From: Eledone cirrhosa
Lineage: Eukaryota
DNA: 64,000 nucleotides
Direction: 5' to 3'
NCBI GenBank assembly: GCA_964016885.1
Contig: OZ024762.1
Location: 10,416,001 to 10,480,000, forward strand
Part shown: in pieces, positions 1 to 21,722 of the stretch
Position numbering within the stretch: the stretch's first letter is position 1
Layout: each line of letters starts with the position of its first letter
Position numbers and translations under genes: made by a program
The notes under the pieces: generated by a model
What the model saw: the letters and a program-made list of their open reading frames with translations, nothing else
Told to the model about the DNA's origin: nothing
Database searches by the model: none

Positions 1-201
1 GCATGGAACAAACTACCTGCATCAGTTGTTAGCTGTCGAGACACTGCATCCTTTAAGGCCTCCATGCTTCCCAAGATCCGCCAACACTACAGCTAACACA
101 TACACACATGTACTTCCCTGACATTTGTGTATTATTCTATGTACTATATTGACGAGTTGTAGTGCACCTGAGCACTTTACACAATAATTTCATTATTATT
201 A
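1..201 (+). mobile_element. 3' end of the same CR1 LINE in the preceding duplication unit
   Basis: Matches 52270-52470. Confidence 0.9.
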
Positions 202-1579
202 TAATGTCTTCTACATACAAAAAATAGATGCCTTGATAAAATATCCAGAGTTTTATGTAAGTATCCTCGGGAAAAGTAGTAGAGAAGAGTGTTTTAACTT
301 TGCCTTGTGTGTATGTAGATGCTGCATATATACGATACTTCGAAGTAAGTGTGTTTATGTATAGAGAGAGGGTCTGTATTCTATATACTACAGTTTCTTA
401 TATAGCTCCGGATACTGTGTATAATGAGGAGATATACCTTTCTTCTAAGTAAGTATATACAGAGAAGGTGTAATAGAGATACGATTATAATATAAATATA
501 TAGTTGATATGATGTGTGCAAGAGAGAATGCTGAGTTGGAGTAAAGGTGGTGATGCCGAGGTAACTCGACGTAGAAATTACGATGCTATAAGGTATAGAG
601 AGGAAAGTAGCATGTATGTTTAGTTAGAAGAGGTAGCTGCGTGTATATATTATTTGTTTTGTTTTGTTTCTCGGAAGGAGGTTTAGTTCTGTGAAGAGTG
701 TTTAGACTAAATTTAAAAGACATGGCAACTAAAACACTACAAGAATGTATTTATATTGAAGAATTAAATGTATGTATATTTCCAAGATAGTGAAATGTAT
801 TTTTGTGTCTCAATAATATTCGTGAGTGTGAATAAAACTTTACAAACCTCTTTACACGACCGTAAAATCCAAACCGGTATCGTTAATAGTCCCAGAGTAA
901 GTAGAATGATGTTACCGCTTCAATACACTGAAAAGAAATGACAACAAAGTAAGAAGAGTTCCACAAACCGGAAGTAGTTCAATGTAAACAAAGGGCAAAT
1001 AATTCAAATTAAGGGGAGATAACTCTCGTCAAATTGTTTGGCAAAAACTCATGCGAGTGGGAGAGCAGGCCAGCATAAAGCCAGCCTGCTGTGGTCCCGG
1101 CCGACCCCCGCAACGATTCGAACTTCAGACACGATCGAGTGGTCATGCCATACCGAAGTACGACAGCGAAGCCAGAAGCGCTACGTGCAGCGCCACGCAC
1201 AAGCCGCAATTCTACAGAGTCAAATAGGCATACTTATAGCTAACATTTTCTTTCTTTTTTAAAAAAAAAAAGAAACGGAAAGAAAGCGAGATAACACGAC
1301 ATATTCCGAGTGTTATCTCGCTTTCTTTCCGTTTCTCTCTATATATAAATATAACGGGATATATAGCAATTAAGGAACTACTAGTATTTTGTACATATAT
1401 AACGGGATATACACGAATAGAAGCCAGGGAATATGTAGAAAGGTGTTGACTTATATAGGGAGTCAATAGTTTAACCGTTTTCGCCAACTACAAATTCTAC
1501 GTAAATAAGATTCGGATTTTTACCCATTTCTCAGACATAAGATAGGGAGGAGGGTCACCTTATATTCGAGTATTTTGTA

Positions 1580-1775
1580 CATATATTCTTGTTAGACTAG
1601 ACTGGCATCATCATGTGTTGAGCCGACCAGGTGCTACTGCGTTGAACGAGAGTAAGGCTGTGGGCTGATGCGTCACTCCGTTGGAAACGTGGTGGTCCCA
1701 TCTGATGTTTTAGATGGTCCTCAGGGCTCTGCTATCGAAGCTGTCAATCGTCTTTGTGAGGAGCCACGTTTCTAC
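1580..1775 (-). mobile_element. Decayed RTE-like LINE fragment (homologous copy at ~45000-45150, +)
   Basis: Translates ETWLLTKTIDSFDSRALRTI*NIRWDHHVSN; the second copy reads LLYGAETWPLTK. Confidence 0.6.
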
Positions 1776-4700
1776 AATTAATATGTAGTTAAATATACTT
1801 CAAGATGGTAACATAGCCTTAGACAGATCTATATATGTAATAGTTAGTGTCGATTTGAGTAATCTTAAGACCATGATTCCAATCATCAATATATGTATTG
1901 ATGAAACCTAAATATAGTCTGTTCTAGGCTTCTTACCAGTTTCTTTGGAATTAAGTGTCTGAGAGTATAGGACGCTGAGTGTACTGGAGAAATGTGAAAT
2001 GGTTTTAAAGACTTACATACAGAACTTCCAAGCTGTGAGAGTTACATGTATGTATGGACCCGTAACTCCTGAGGGAGGCAACGCATTGACCTACAGTGTT
2101 TCTAGGGCTCTTTTAAAAACCTGGCAGAGCCCAGGTCTGAATACAGCGGATTTCTTCTAGAGAAGTATAGAGGAAGAATCAACCCCGAATGGATGAAATG
2201 GGATTTGAATTCAGACAGCTGAAATGAAGGCATTCTATCTGTTACATTTATATATACATACTTTCTTTGTCTAATAAACAAAACTAAATCTTCTCTAAAC
2301 ACACACATAAAGTTACATTTATATAAACGTTCTTCTGTACAAAAACGAGGGTCAACTGAAAAGCTCATCGGCTGACTATGAAGGAGTGAAATCTTGCATG
2401 CATTAATTTCAACCCTCCTTACTAATAACTGCATTGTTTCTTTCCATTTGGTCAGTCAGCCCTCTTACATAGATACTTCTGATTCTCTTTTTTACTAAGA
2501 AACATAATTAAACCTTCTCTACACAGGAAAACACTACTGCCATCTTCAAAGGAATGTAAATAAACTTCCTTATCTAGCGACGAACATGTGAAATAAACCA
2601 AACTTTTGCTTTTTCATTTCTTCTAAGAAACAAGACAGCTAACTCCAATAAGTGTGTATACAAAAAAAATGTCTACACACTTCAGGAAAAGAAAAATTTG
2701 TATAAATATATATTTAGCACCCATCCACCATCTGAGTGAATCTCTTGGTCAGTGCCCAAGTCTCAGACCCGTACAGCAACACAGATGAATCTTCAAGTCT
2801 TTACGAAGGTCCGATCTCAAACAGTGACAGGCTTTGCTCCAATGCTGAGGATGGCTCTGAACATTAATCAGTATACACTGAGGATGAAGAGCTCTGAGCT
2901 GTACAGGAGCCTCTCGAAAGTAACACAGAGGAGATTGAGGTTAGCTGGACATGCTCACTGATATTCAGAGTTGATACTGCACTCAGTGGTCCTGTGGGAG
3001 CCCCTCCGCGGACAGAGGGAATTTTACCCACCCTAGATATATACATACAAAAGATGAATTTCCATGTTGAGATATCTTGATTCAAGAAATGTATTATTGA
3101 ATATATGTATCTTTTCCCGAAGTGTGAATACATTTTATTGGCGGATTCTATATATATATATATACAAACAAAAGAGTAAACCTTTCAGCAACCAATATAC
3201 CTTATGAAAAATTTCAGCAAGTGGCCTTGGAGTGAAAGGACTGGAGATCAGGAACTTCGAGTCTGGTTGTATCCCTAGGCTGCAACAGGAAGGAGAAAAA
3301 CATTATCAAAAATACCAGCAACATTATCCTCACCCTTGGCAGGACTAAAATGTCATACCCAACATAAACATCCAAATCAAATAGGTTGTTTGGATCCTCA
3401 TATATATTTATATAACCAAATTTAATATAGAAATAGTCTACAGGACTAGAACTGTTTTCCTTCGAATGAAACAGTTCTAGACCTGTAGAAGCCATTTCTA
3501 TATTAAATGTTGTTGTATACACTCTACTAATGTATTGAGAACCTTACTACGGTTACCCCCCGATTGAACCCAGGACTCATATATATGGTAGGTATGTGTG
3601 TAACTATAGTTACAGCCAAAATCTCTTTTTGTGAGGATATGAGCTAGACTAACTAAAATAAGTCAGTTTTACTTACAAAGTTCCCCAACCCTGGTTTCTG
3701 GACATCAGAAAACAACATTAACCATTCCAATACATTAGAAGAATGACAATTCCATCATCAGGATAAGAAGTCTTTGGAATAACAGGAGTTGAATACATAC
3801 CATGTCGTTGCCGACTGCATGGTGTCCAACAGGTTGTGATACTGAATTACTATATGAATATATCCCACTCAATGTATGAGGACAACACAACAGGTTTATA
3901 TTAATGGTAAAAATAGCAACCAAAATCAGCTCAGTATAGATGCCCTTGCTTTGGATGACTTCGGCACATAAAGTCACCATAATATTGAAGTTTTGGAGTG
4001 ATAATATTCCACTCTTCCTCATTTGGTCATTCCATGAGAATATCTTGGTCAATCAACCCTCATACATATATAAACTTAATCTTTCTTCTGCTTTACTTTT
4101 TTACTGAGAAACAAAACTAAACTTTCACTACACAGGAAGATACTACTCCCATCTTTGAAGGAGAGTAAATAAACTGTCTGGTCTAAAGACGAAAAAAATG
4201 TGAAATAAAAGAATTAAATAAACCAAACTTTTGCTTTTTCATTTCTTCTAAAGGACATGACAGCCTCCTAGTGCTGGTGGTCTACACAATAAAAACATCC
4301 AGTGAATGCTGTAAAGTGGTGGGTGTTCGGAAGGACAAGCAATTGTAGAAAACTTGCCAAACAAGGGGTTAGGGAGATCTTTCAGTTTGTGTCAAGAGAC
4401 ATGACAACTTCTCTGCACTCAAAATGACCATATGTAAGCGAGATACAGAACCCTTGGCTTGTCTGGGAGGTCAGTAGCCCTTCTTCAGTATTGAGTTGGT
4501 GTATGTAGACCTCTGGAAGGTCAGTAGCCCTTCTTCAGTACTGAGTTGGTCTATGTAGAACCCTTGGCCTGTGTGGGAGGTCAGTACTGACTTGGTTTAT
4601 GTAGATATGTCTAACCTTTACTAGCAGGTGTTAAATGATATATATAAAAAAGAGGTTTAATGGATCCTTCAGTTGTGCCTCAGTACAGCAACCTCCCTAG

Positions 4701-6060
4701 TGTTGGTGATCTATACGATAAACGCACCCAGTACAGGCTGTAAAATGGTCAGTGATATGAGGGGTAACCAGCAGTAGAAAGCTTGCCAAAGAAAGGGCTG
4801 GGAGGACTCTTCAGTTGTGTCAAAGACACGACAAGCTCTCCTGTACACTCAGTAGAATGTGAAAGTGTACGTAAGTGAGATACAGATCAGTAGCCCCACT
4901 TTAGTACTGACTTGGTCTATGTATACCTGTCCAACGCTTGCTATCACAAAACAATGATGATAAAGATATATATATATACCGCCAGAGCTGTCTTACTCTA
5001 TTTTACCTTTTCTAAGTCATTCTTCTTTGTCTGTAAGTTGGACTGCAGTACATATTGTTCTCTTCTATTTCTCTCATTTCACTGTATTAGATTTTCTATA
5101 AAATGTATTTCTAACGCCCGCAGCTAATTTTGAGACACAAAAATACATTTTTCTATATACAGGAATAAATCTACATACACACACAAAGCTAGATTTATAT
5201 ATATATATATAAACCTTCTTTACTATATGCATTCTCCTAAGGATAAAAAAAAAAACCTTCTAGACACACACTTATCTCTATATATACATGTTTGAAGAGG
5301 TATGTAATGTTTTATTTGCCGTGTCCTAAATTCATTGCCAAACAAACACTGGCAGATATTGAGAAGGAAAAAAAAAACATTTTACTATATTCTATATACA
5401 AGAAGAATTTTGTAGACGTACATATATATAAAGCTACATTTATATATAGACATTCTTTACTGTATACACCCTTTCTTTAAGAACGAAACCCCCTATATAT
5501 ACATACATCTTCTAAGAAACAAATCTTCTCTCTACATATACTAATATTTATATATACATGTTTATTTTCCTTCTTGTACTTTTTCATTCACTAGACATAC
5601 TTTCTTTTGAGATAAATGAAAAAAAGCAAACCTCTCTATACACACATAGAGCTACATTTTATTATCCTATCTATATCATCATTTTTAAGTCGGGTTGGTT
5701 TGTCATCTGTGAATCTCAGCAATTTGAGATCACCACCACCAGGTCTACCTGGCATTTCTTTACCAACTCAAACCTAGTTATGTAACTGTGTGCTTAGAGG
5801 TTTAGCATTTCTTTCTCTAGACAGTATTGATGTTATGTTAGAGCTGTGTAATCTTGCATGTATTAATTTCAATTGTTTTTTTATATTGATTGATATCTAC
5901 TTTGTTTCTTTCCAGAGGATGTTGAAGAAGTAAACCCGATTTGGTCATTCCGTCCATCTTTCGTTTTATGTAACACTTTCTTTCTGTGGGGTGCCCCTTT
6001 CATTTTAGGTAGCACTTACTTTCTGTCGGGGTGCTTTTTTCTGGTTGCCTTCACTACAGT

Positions 6061-6255
6061 TTAACCCTTTAGCATTCTCACACCTCGTTCTGTTCAAACT
6101 GGCTGCTTATACAAGCATTAAGGTATTGTTCTCAAAATATATAATAACATCATCAAAATCTCGTAGATTCGATATTATGCGAGATAAAGCCTTTACCACA
6201 AAAATACTGCAAACAAAATAGTAAATATAGAGAAATGTAAATGCTAAAGAGTTAA
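6061..6255 (+). mobile_element. piggyBac-type MITE; family also at 10793-11038, 25555-25782, 30269-30495 (inverted), 35745-35938 and in the duplicate
   Basis: TTAA-CCCTTTAGCATT...AATGCTAAAG(G/A)G-TTAA termini with shared internal sequence. Confidence 0.75.
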
Positions 6256-8391
6256 AGAACCCATGTGTACCCACTATATATACATGGAGGTCAAAAGAAG
6301 ATGACAAACAAACTCAACTTAAACATGATGTTATAGATAGGATAATAAAATGTAGCTCTATGTATGTGCATAGAAAGAAGGTTTGCTTCTTTTTTTTTTT
6401 TTATCTCAAAAGAAATTATGTGTCTAGTGATTGAAGGAAAATAAAATGTTTTGGTATCTCCGCTTGTATATATATAAATATTGGTATATATAGAGTTTTG
6501 TTTCTTAGTAAAGAATGTCTATATATAAATATAGCTTTATATATATATATGTACGTCTACAAAATTCTTCTTGTGTATAGAATATAGTAAAATGTTGGTA
6601 TTTATTTTTCAATAATATCTGCCAGTGTTTGGCAATGAATTTAAGACACGGCAAATAAAACATTACATACCTCTTCAAACATGTGTATATATAGAGATAA
6701 GTGTGTGTCTAGAAGGAGTTTTTTTAATCATTAGGAGAATACATATAGTAAAGAAGGTTTATATATATATATAAATCTAGCTTTGTATGTGTATGTAAAT
6801 TTATTCTTCCGTATAGAAAAACGTATTTTTGTGTCTCAAAAGTATCGGGGAGGTGCTAGAAATAAATTTTATAGAAAGCCTAATATATGGCAAATAAAAC
6901 ATTATATACTTCTTTACACGAACAGAATATCCATCACGATTTTGTCAAGGTACCGGTGTAAATCGAATGATGTCACTAGTTCAGTTGAATCAAGTAGAAT
7001 GACAACATAAAAAAGAGAGACTTTTGAGGCTGTCCGTGGAAACGGTTTATGCGGAATAAGTTCCGACTACAGAAACAAAAAGGGGGCTGCGAGGCAAAAT
7101 TAAGGTGATAGGGCCCTTCTTAATATGTAAAGAGGTAGGGATACATTCTATACGATGTGCACAGGGATAATAAAAGAGGTTGTGAACTGCACCCACAGTT
7201 GACAAGAAGGGGTTTCTTTACGTACTAAAGGACGCTCCACTGTTGACAAGAAAGGGTTTCTTTACGCATATACATAGATACATGCAGGGGCTTCGTTTGC
7301 CTTTAAAATGTGAGGGGGACAAACCAACAGTTTGATAAACAATGTATTGTTTATCTATATTCACTTAGTGAGACAAATGCATATAAAAATGTTCTACAGT
7401 TCTCATTAAAATTATTGATGAGTTGATCTTTTTTAATTTTTAGTAAATGGATGTAAATATCGAACGAAAAAAATTCAATACCGATTGTAACTTAGGGGTC
7501 TACCTAAATAAACATGTAAAAATAGTGAGATTTTCTTTGTTTTTTAATTAGGAAAAAGTAGTGGGGAAAAAAGATAGTTCGACCTCGTTCTTGAAAAAGT
7601 GGGGGAGGGGGCTTGCCCTCTGGTACCCCCCAGAAATAAGGCCCTTGGATACATGTATATGGTTATATATAAGGTTACTATGGGTGAGAGGCCGGAGAAT
7701 GTCTGTGAGTGGCTTAAAATTAATTAGCCAGGGTTCTTTAAAATAAAGAAGCGTAAGCACTGAAAAGAAAAAAAAGCGGCGACATCGTAATTATGACGCC
7801 GGTGTAGCTATTACGTGCGACCCATTGTTTACCTTAACCCCTTCTCACCATCACGGTAATTTGATGTTCAGGTTACAGGGAGATGTGGGATGGAATTAAC
7901 TGTTTTATTAATTTACTTATATCAAACACCAAACACATTACCGAGGAACAAATTAAAAAACTTGGCTTACTTAAAAAAAAAAAAATGTACCCTAACATCT
8001 TCCATGATGCAACCGTGCAGGTAAATAACTTGACGATTTAGCGACATCAGTTCCTTCAAATTTTCTACGGGGAAATCTCAAGAACGATAACTCCGTCTTT
8101 ACTTAATCGCTAAAATGGGTGCAAAAATTATCCCTCGCAACACATGTTATGGCGAAAAAAACAATATTAAAAGTATTTTGTTCGGGTTTTTAAGGGTGGA
8201 AATTTCATTACAAATGCAAGTAATAATAATTGTTTCTACTTTAAACACAAGGCCAGCAATTAATCCAGTACATTACTGGTACTTTATTTTATCGACCCCG
8301 TAAGGATGATTTAAAAATACATTGTATAACATACGTACAACTTCGTACAGCATGCGCTGTAATCTTTTCTAGCAGATACTTCGTCTTAATC

Positions 8392-8672
8392 TCATTCATT
8401 CTCTGCCTCCTTTACTGTGTTTGTGATCAGAACTATGTCATCAGCAAATTCCGCATCCGATATCTTTTTAGCCTTAACTTTCCTACTCTGAGCTAGGGCT
8501 ACAGTAAAGCCAGAGTCCTGGTGTTTCTCCAGTACAAGGCGCGTACAATGTCCACTGCGATGATAAAAAGGTAGCAAGCCAATGCATCTCCATCAGGCAT
8601 TTCAGCCAGTATCTCAAAGAACTCTGTCATCCTGTCAAGTATAATAACTTGGACTCTGTTGTTGGTGTAGAT
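8392..8672 (-). mobile_element. Decayed LINE RT fragment (also at 60658-60938)
   Basis: ISDAEFADDIVLI motif. Confidence 0.7.
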
Positions 8673-9559
8673 CAGTTATATATATATGTGTGTGTGTGAG
8701 ATCCTTGGTACAGTTAGGTATATTTGAAAAAAGGAAAAGAATGACTTCACTTGTAGTGTTAAACAATTTTTTTGATTTAATTTTATAATATATGTATATA
8801 TATATATATATATAGTGTTATATTTGGGGAGGGTCATATTGTTATAATATTGCCAGAAAAATATAGTAAAACACACTCACTGTTTAGTTTGGGTTGGTGT
8901 TCGCTTCAGTATATTCCTATAATTAATTCAGCTGGTAATTAATGTTTACCATTAATTGACCAACAGTTAAAACTATAAGTATAGTTTCAGCCAGCTGAAT
9001 TAATTCTCAACATGCTGGTTTCATGATTTACCTGTGATCAACATTGGTGGTTACCTCAGTCTGGATGAAATCCACATCTCCATTGCATTTAGAGCTGGTG
9101 CCAATGTCTGTGGCAGGTACCTTAACTATTTTCTTTCAGTTTGTGGTGTTCAAGACGTTTGGGGAAATGGCCATTGACAATGAAGCTCTTATCACTGTTG
9201 GCAAAACTCTTTACTGGTGTACCAGGTAATGCCCACGGGGGTGTTTGGTTATTTCAGCATCATAGCCTCGCCATCATCTACATCAATGCGTGTGCTGGTT
9301 TGACTAAAACATTATTAGAGAAAACTACAGCCTCTCTTGTTGTAGAGTCTGATTGAGTGTACAGGTCTTCTAACCACTCTTTTTCTGTTGTTTTTTTTAA
9401 CTACTGTATCTCATCATCATCGATTAACGTCTATCTTCCACACTAGCATGGGTTTGTCCCATTTAGAGGAAAGTTAGGTCGAGTGACCGTGTCTCGCTCA
9501 TATAGGAGAGTTTCTGGTCTGGTTTTCTACAGCTGGATGCCCTTCCTAACGCCAACCAC

Positions 9560-10078
9560 ATTTACAGTGTGGGCTGGGTGTTCTTTACAGTGTGGACTGG
9601 GTGTTCTTTACAGTGTGGACTGGGTGTTCTTTACACTGGACTGGGTGTTCTTTACAGTGTGGACTGGGTGTTCTTTACAGTGTGGACTGGGTGTTCTTTA
9701 CACTGTGGACTGGGTGTTCTTTACAGTGTGGACTGGGTGTTCTTTACAGTGTGGACTGGGTGTTCTTTACACTATGGACTGGGTGTTCTTTACAGTGTGG
9801 ACTGGGTGTTCTTTACAGTGTGGACTGGGTGTTCTTTACACTATGGACTGGGTGTTCTTTACACTGTGGACTGGGTGTTCTTTACACTGGTCTGGGTGTT
9901 CTTTACACTATGGACTGGGTGTTCTTTACACTGTGGACTGGGTGTTCTTTACACTGGACTGGGTGTTCTTTACACTATGGACTGGGTGTTCTTTACAGTG
10001 TGGACTGGGTGTTCTTTACAGTGTGGACTGGGTGTTCTTTACACTATGGACTGGGTGTTCTTTACACTGTGGACTGGG
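9560..10078 (+). repeat. 23-bp minisatellite ACAGTGTGGACTGGGTGTTCTTT expanded within a SINE-like repeat (copy at 61826-62342)
   Basis: ~22 tandem units with some 20-bp variants. Confidence 0.9.
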
Positions 10079-10229
10079 CACCTAAATTACGAGAGCTATT
10101 ATTGCTGAAAATTTATTCAAGAAATGACAGAAAGAAAGGAAATAATTTTGCAAGAATTTTATTGTAGAAACGCTTCGTGAAGAAAACCAAAAAAACTGAG
10201 AAAAGCTGGAAAGATTTAATGATGTGTCG

Positions 10230-18545
<8,316 letters not shown>

Positions 18546-18636
18546 TTTTAGAATGATTTTTATCTTCTCTGAGATGGTTTCTTCAGCTATTTGGCAACAA
18601 GAATGATTTAGAAGTGACAAAGATTCATATTTATAG
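18546..18636 (-). promoter_or_regulatory. Gene B TATA box and 5'UTR
   Basis: CTATAAATATGAA on the minus strand at 18636-18624, followed by a UTR sharing ttctaa, ttcttgttg and gaaacca motifs with gene A. Confidence 0.7.
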
Positions 18637-19302
18637 GAGAACACAGTTGAATTGATGAATTAATTTTAATTTATTCATAGAAATCCATCTCATATGAAAC
18701 GTTCTTTTGAAAGACCCACATATAATGAAGGTAACATATGTTATAATCTACATTGTTTCAATGGAGAGGTTTTATGTAGAGTTTTTCTTAAATTAATTGG
18801 ATGATATTGTTGATTATTTGAATTAAACACATTGTTTTAAAAAATAGATTTTATTTGGAAAAATAACATCTGGTATAGTAATTACTTTCTAATCAATTTT
18901 AAATAAATACCCAGCGATTGAACCCTCTCAAAAGTAAATATCTTCTTTTAAATTTTATGAAATACTTAAGTTTGCCTATCATATCATGGGTAATTTGATT
19001 GGGGGAGAGGGGTTTTTATGGGTAATATCAAGGTATACAGGTAGATTATCATTTAAAATGTTTCCATCTTTGATGCTGCTTCCACAAAATAGTGAAATAA
19101 TAAATAATAATTTAAAGATTATTATAATTAAATAGGAACAGAATGTCTACCGTCCCTTCAATCTATCTTATTTCTCATTCTTTCTTCTGATGAAGGACTA
19201 GCATCTAAAACTTCACGACCCTATTCCTACTATTTCAAGTGTTAACCTAATATATTCCTTCCATATACTGTACCGATTCTGTTGTTATTTCTGTTTACCT
19301 TT

Positions 19303-19336
<34 letters not shown>

Positions 19337-19359
19337 TATATATACATTATTTATATAAA

Positions 19360-19690
19360 GACCCCTTCAGTCAAAATGATCATGGGATTTGTACCTAGAA
19401 AGTTTCCTTTCTGAGGCACAAGCCAGGTAAGGTTGTTTGTGGAAGACCAGCAGTCGCCCATGTATACCAGTCTCTCCTCTCCACACCACTGATGATGTCC
19501 AAGGGAAAGACAATGGCAGATACAGCTTGGCATCAGTGACATCGCAACTCATTTCTACAGCTGAGTGAACTGGAGCAATGTGAAATAAAGTGTCTTGTTC
19601 AAGGACACAACACAACACAACACCTGGTCCAAGAATTGAACTCACAACCTCATGTTTGCAAGCCCAATGTTCCAACTACTAAGCCATGTA
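19360..19690 (-). mobile_element. Second tRNA-derived SINE family; also 17150-17290 (-), 37455-37790 (+), 11690-11910 (+)
   Basis: B-box GAGTTCAATTC followed by the core GTGTCCTTGAACAAGACACTTTATTTCAC. Confidence 0.6.
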
Positions 19691-20859
19691 CCATAGAACT
19701 GCTGGACTTTCAAACTTAGCAGTCCTTCTAGCACTGATGGAGACCATCGCTGAATATTAATATCAATGTAGTTTTTTATATTGATATTGCCTGGGCATCC
19801 ACTGATGAGTTATAAGGGCCTACTTGTGTGGATATCTATGGATTATATGCAAGCTTCTACATAACTTGGACATTATTTTCCCACCTTGTAGAAATCTTAT
19901 AACTAAACGATCGTATGGAAAGAAAGAGAGATTTATTTAATTATGTCTCATATAAAATAATACAGCCAACTATCCACGAAATACAATATAGTTAGCACCC
20001 GAAATGTATAATTGGGATTATACTCAGGTATATCCTAATGTTTGTTGAGTGAGATGAAGTTGGTCAGAGTATCGCTAAAAGCTTTCTTTGTTAATGTAGT
20101 AAGTATATGTGTATATATGTATATACATTTAGGTTTGTTGGTTCACCACTGGATAGAACTGGTCATTCCATATAGTCAACCTTGATGTAATATTAGGGAG
20201 AGCACTCGATGTAATGCAACTCACCCGTCTTTCATTTGTGTTGTTGGTGGTGTGAGTACGGAGTTAATTATTATAAAATAACAGGAGGCTGAACTTTCAA
20301 TAATTGGGTTCAGTATGAATCCGGTGACATCATCAGGTATTCCGAAATTTATCCAACAAAGGAATATAATAATAGACACAATCCAAGGGGCTGAAAAGCA
20401 GAGAGAAATGCCCAAGATGAGAAGGTGGCCAAAATTAGCAGTTGCTATTCCGGGTGGCCGCCCTCAAGTCATATATATATATATATATATATTATAATTG
20501 AATATAAAAGAAAAAGAAACACGGATATATACATATATGTGTTCAAATCGTAATGGACCAGATTCGCTAAGGTGAAAAGAATACTAACTATGGACAATAG
20601 GGTTTGCCAGACTCAATTTAAGAATAAATTTATTTTCTTGATTTATTCTTAAATTGAGTCTGACAAACCCTATAGTCTATAGTTAGTATTCTTTTCACCT
20701 TAGCGAATCTGGTCCCTTACGATTTGAACACATATATGTATATATCTGTGTTTCTTTTTCTTTTATATTCAATTATAATATACGGCTCGGAAAAATCTCT
20801 TTCCTAGGGCTATTTTGTTGTAAGAGACTATTTTGAGTTTCTAACTCAATATATACCTT

Positions 20860-20909
<50 letters not shown>

Positions 20910-21320
20910 AGGTTCAGGACCCCGACGGCAGAGCTCAAGCCGTTTCAACGGTTATATATATATCAAATTAAAATAAGGGAGTTAAAGACTCACATTAATC
21001 CCCTACCATTTAATGAGCTCAAAGGATAGACCCAAGCTCTTTATATGACAGTATATAGAGAAAAGTACACAAAGAGGTGTGTGTGCTCAATTATAGGGGA
21101 TATAATACCACCAGAGTGAAAATCATATAATCTACCAACAGAATGGAAAATACACAAGAATTAAAAGGATACATTAAAATGTACAGACCATTGTTTATAA
21201 CTATATCTCCTGGACATGCTGGAAGCAGAGATGTCAACATGAATGGACCTGTTATTCTAAAGACATTTTTTTTCAATTCCATCCCGCCTGTTCTCTCAAT
21301 CTATCTTATTTCTCATTCTT

Positions 21321-21356
21321 TCTTCTGATGAAGGACTAGCGTCTGAAACGTTAAGA
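21321..21356 (+). ncRNA. Minimal type I hammerhead ribozyme in a Penelope-type repeat
   Basis: TCTT CTGATGA AGGAC-TAGC-GTCT GAAA CGTTA AGA: intact core, stem II, palindromic AACGTT stem III, UUA cleavage triplet. Confidence 0.7.
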
Positions 21357-21722
21357 CCCTCTTCCTGCTACATCAAGCGTTAACCTAATATATACATTCC
21401 ATATGCTGTACTGATTGTGTTGTTATTTCTGTTTACCTTTTACATACATATATATATATATATTATCTGGTAGTATTCATGGAAAAGCTTATCAGGCTAA
21501 ATATTTTATATTCCTATATGTTGTCAGTTCAAATGTATTGTCTTTGCTATCATCTCACCCAATGTGATTTACAATAAATACCAGTGATATCCTAGATAAA
21601 CCTATTAATTAATACCCCGACCTACAATATGCAGTTTTGTACCAATCTAAAAACAAAAAGAAAATCAGAATCATAGGAGGAGATTATTCTTATTATGTTT
21701 AGTTAAGTTACCCTTGGTTGAG

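Noticed and set aside
1050-1215. tRNA-Arg gene or known snRNA
   Set aside because: Only partial D-arm/B-box resemblance, no closable cloverleaf and no recognisable U1-U12 or 7SL motifs; kept as an unassigned candidate RNA.
9483-10167. Cys/Trp-rich ~200-aa ORFs in three frames
   Set aside because: Translation of a 23-bp minisatellite.
20221-21328. Short ORFs between genes A and B as a third paralog
   Set aside because: No signal exon with a matching Cys pattern or compatible splice phases; the sequence looks like transposon debris.
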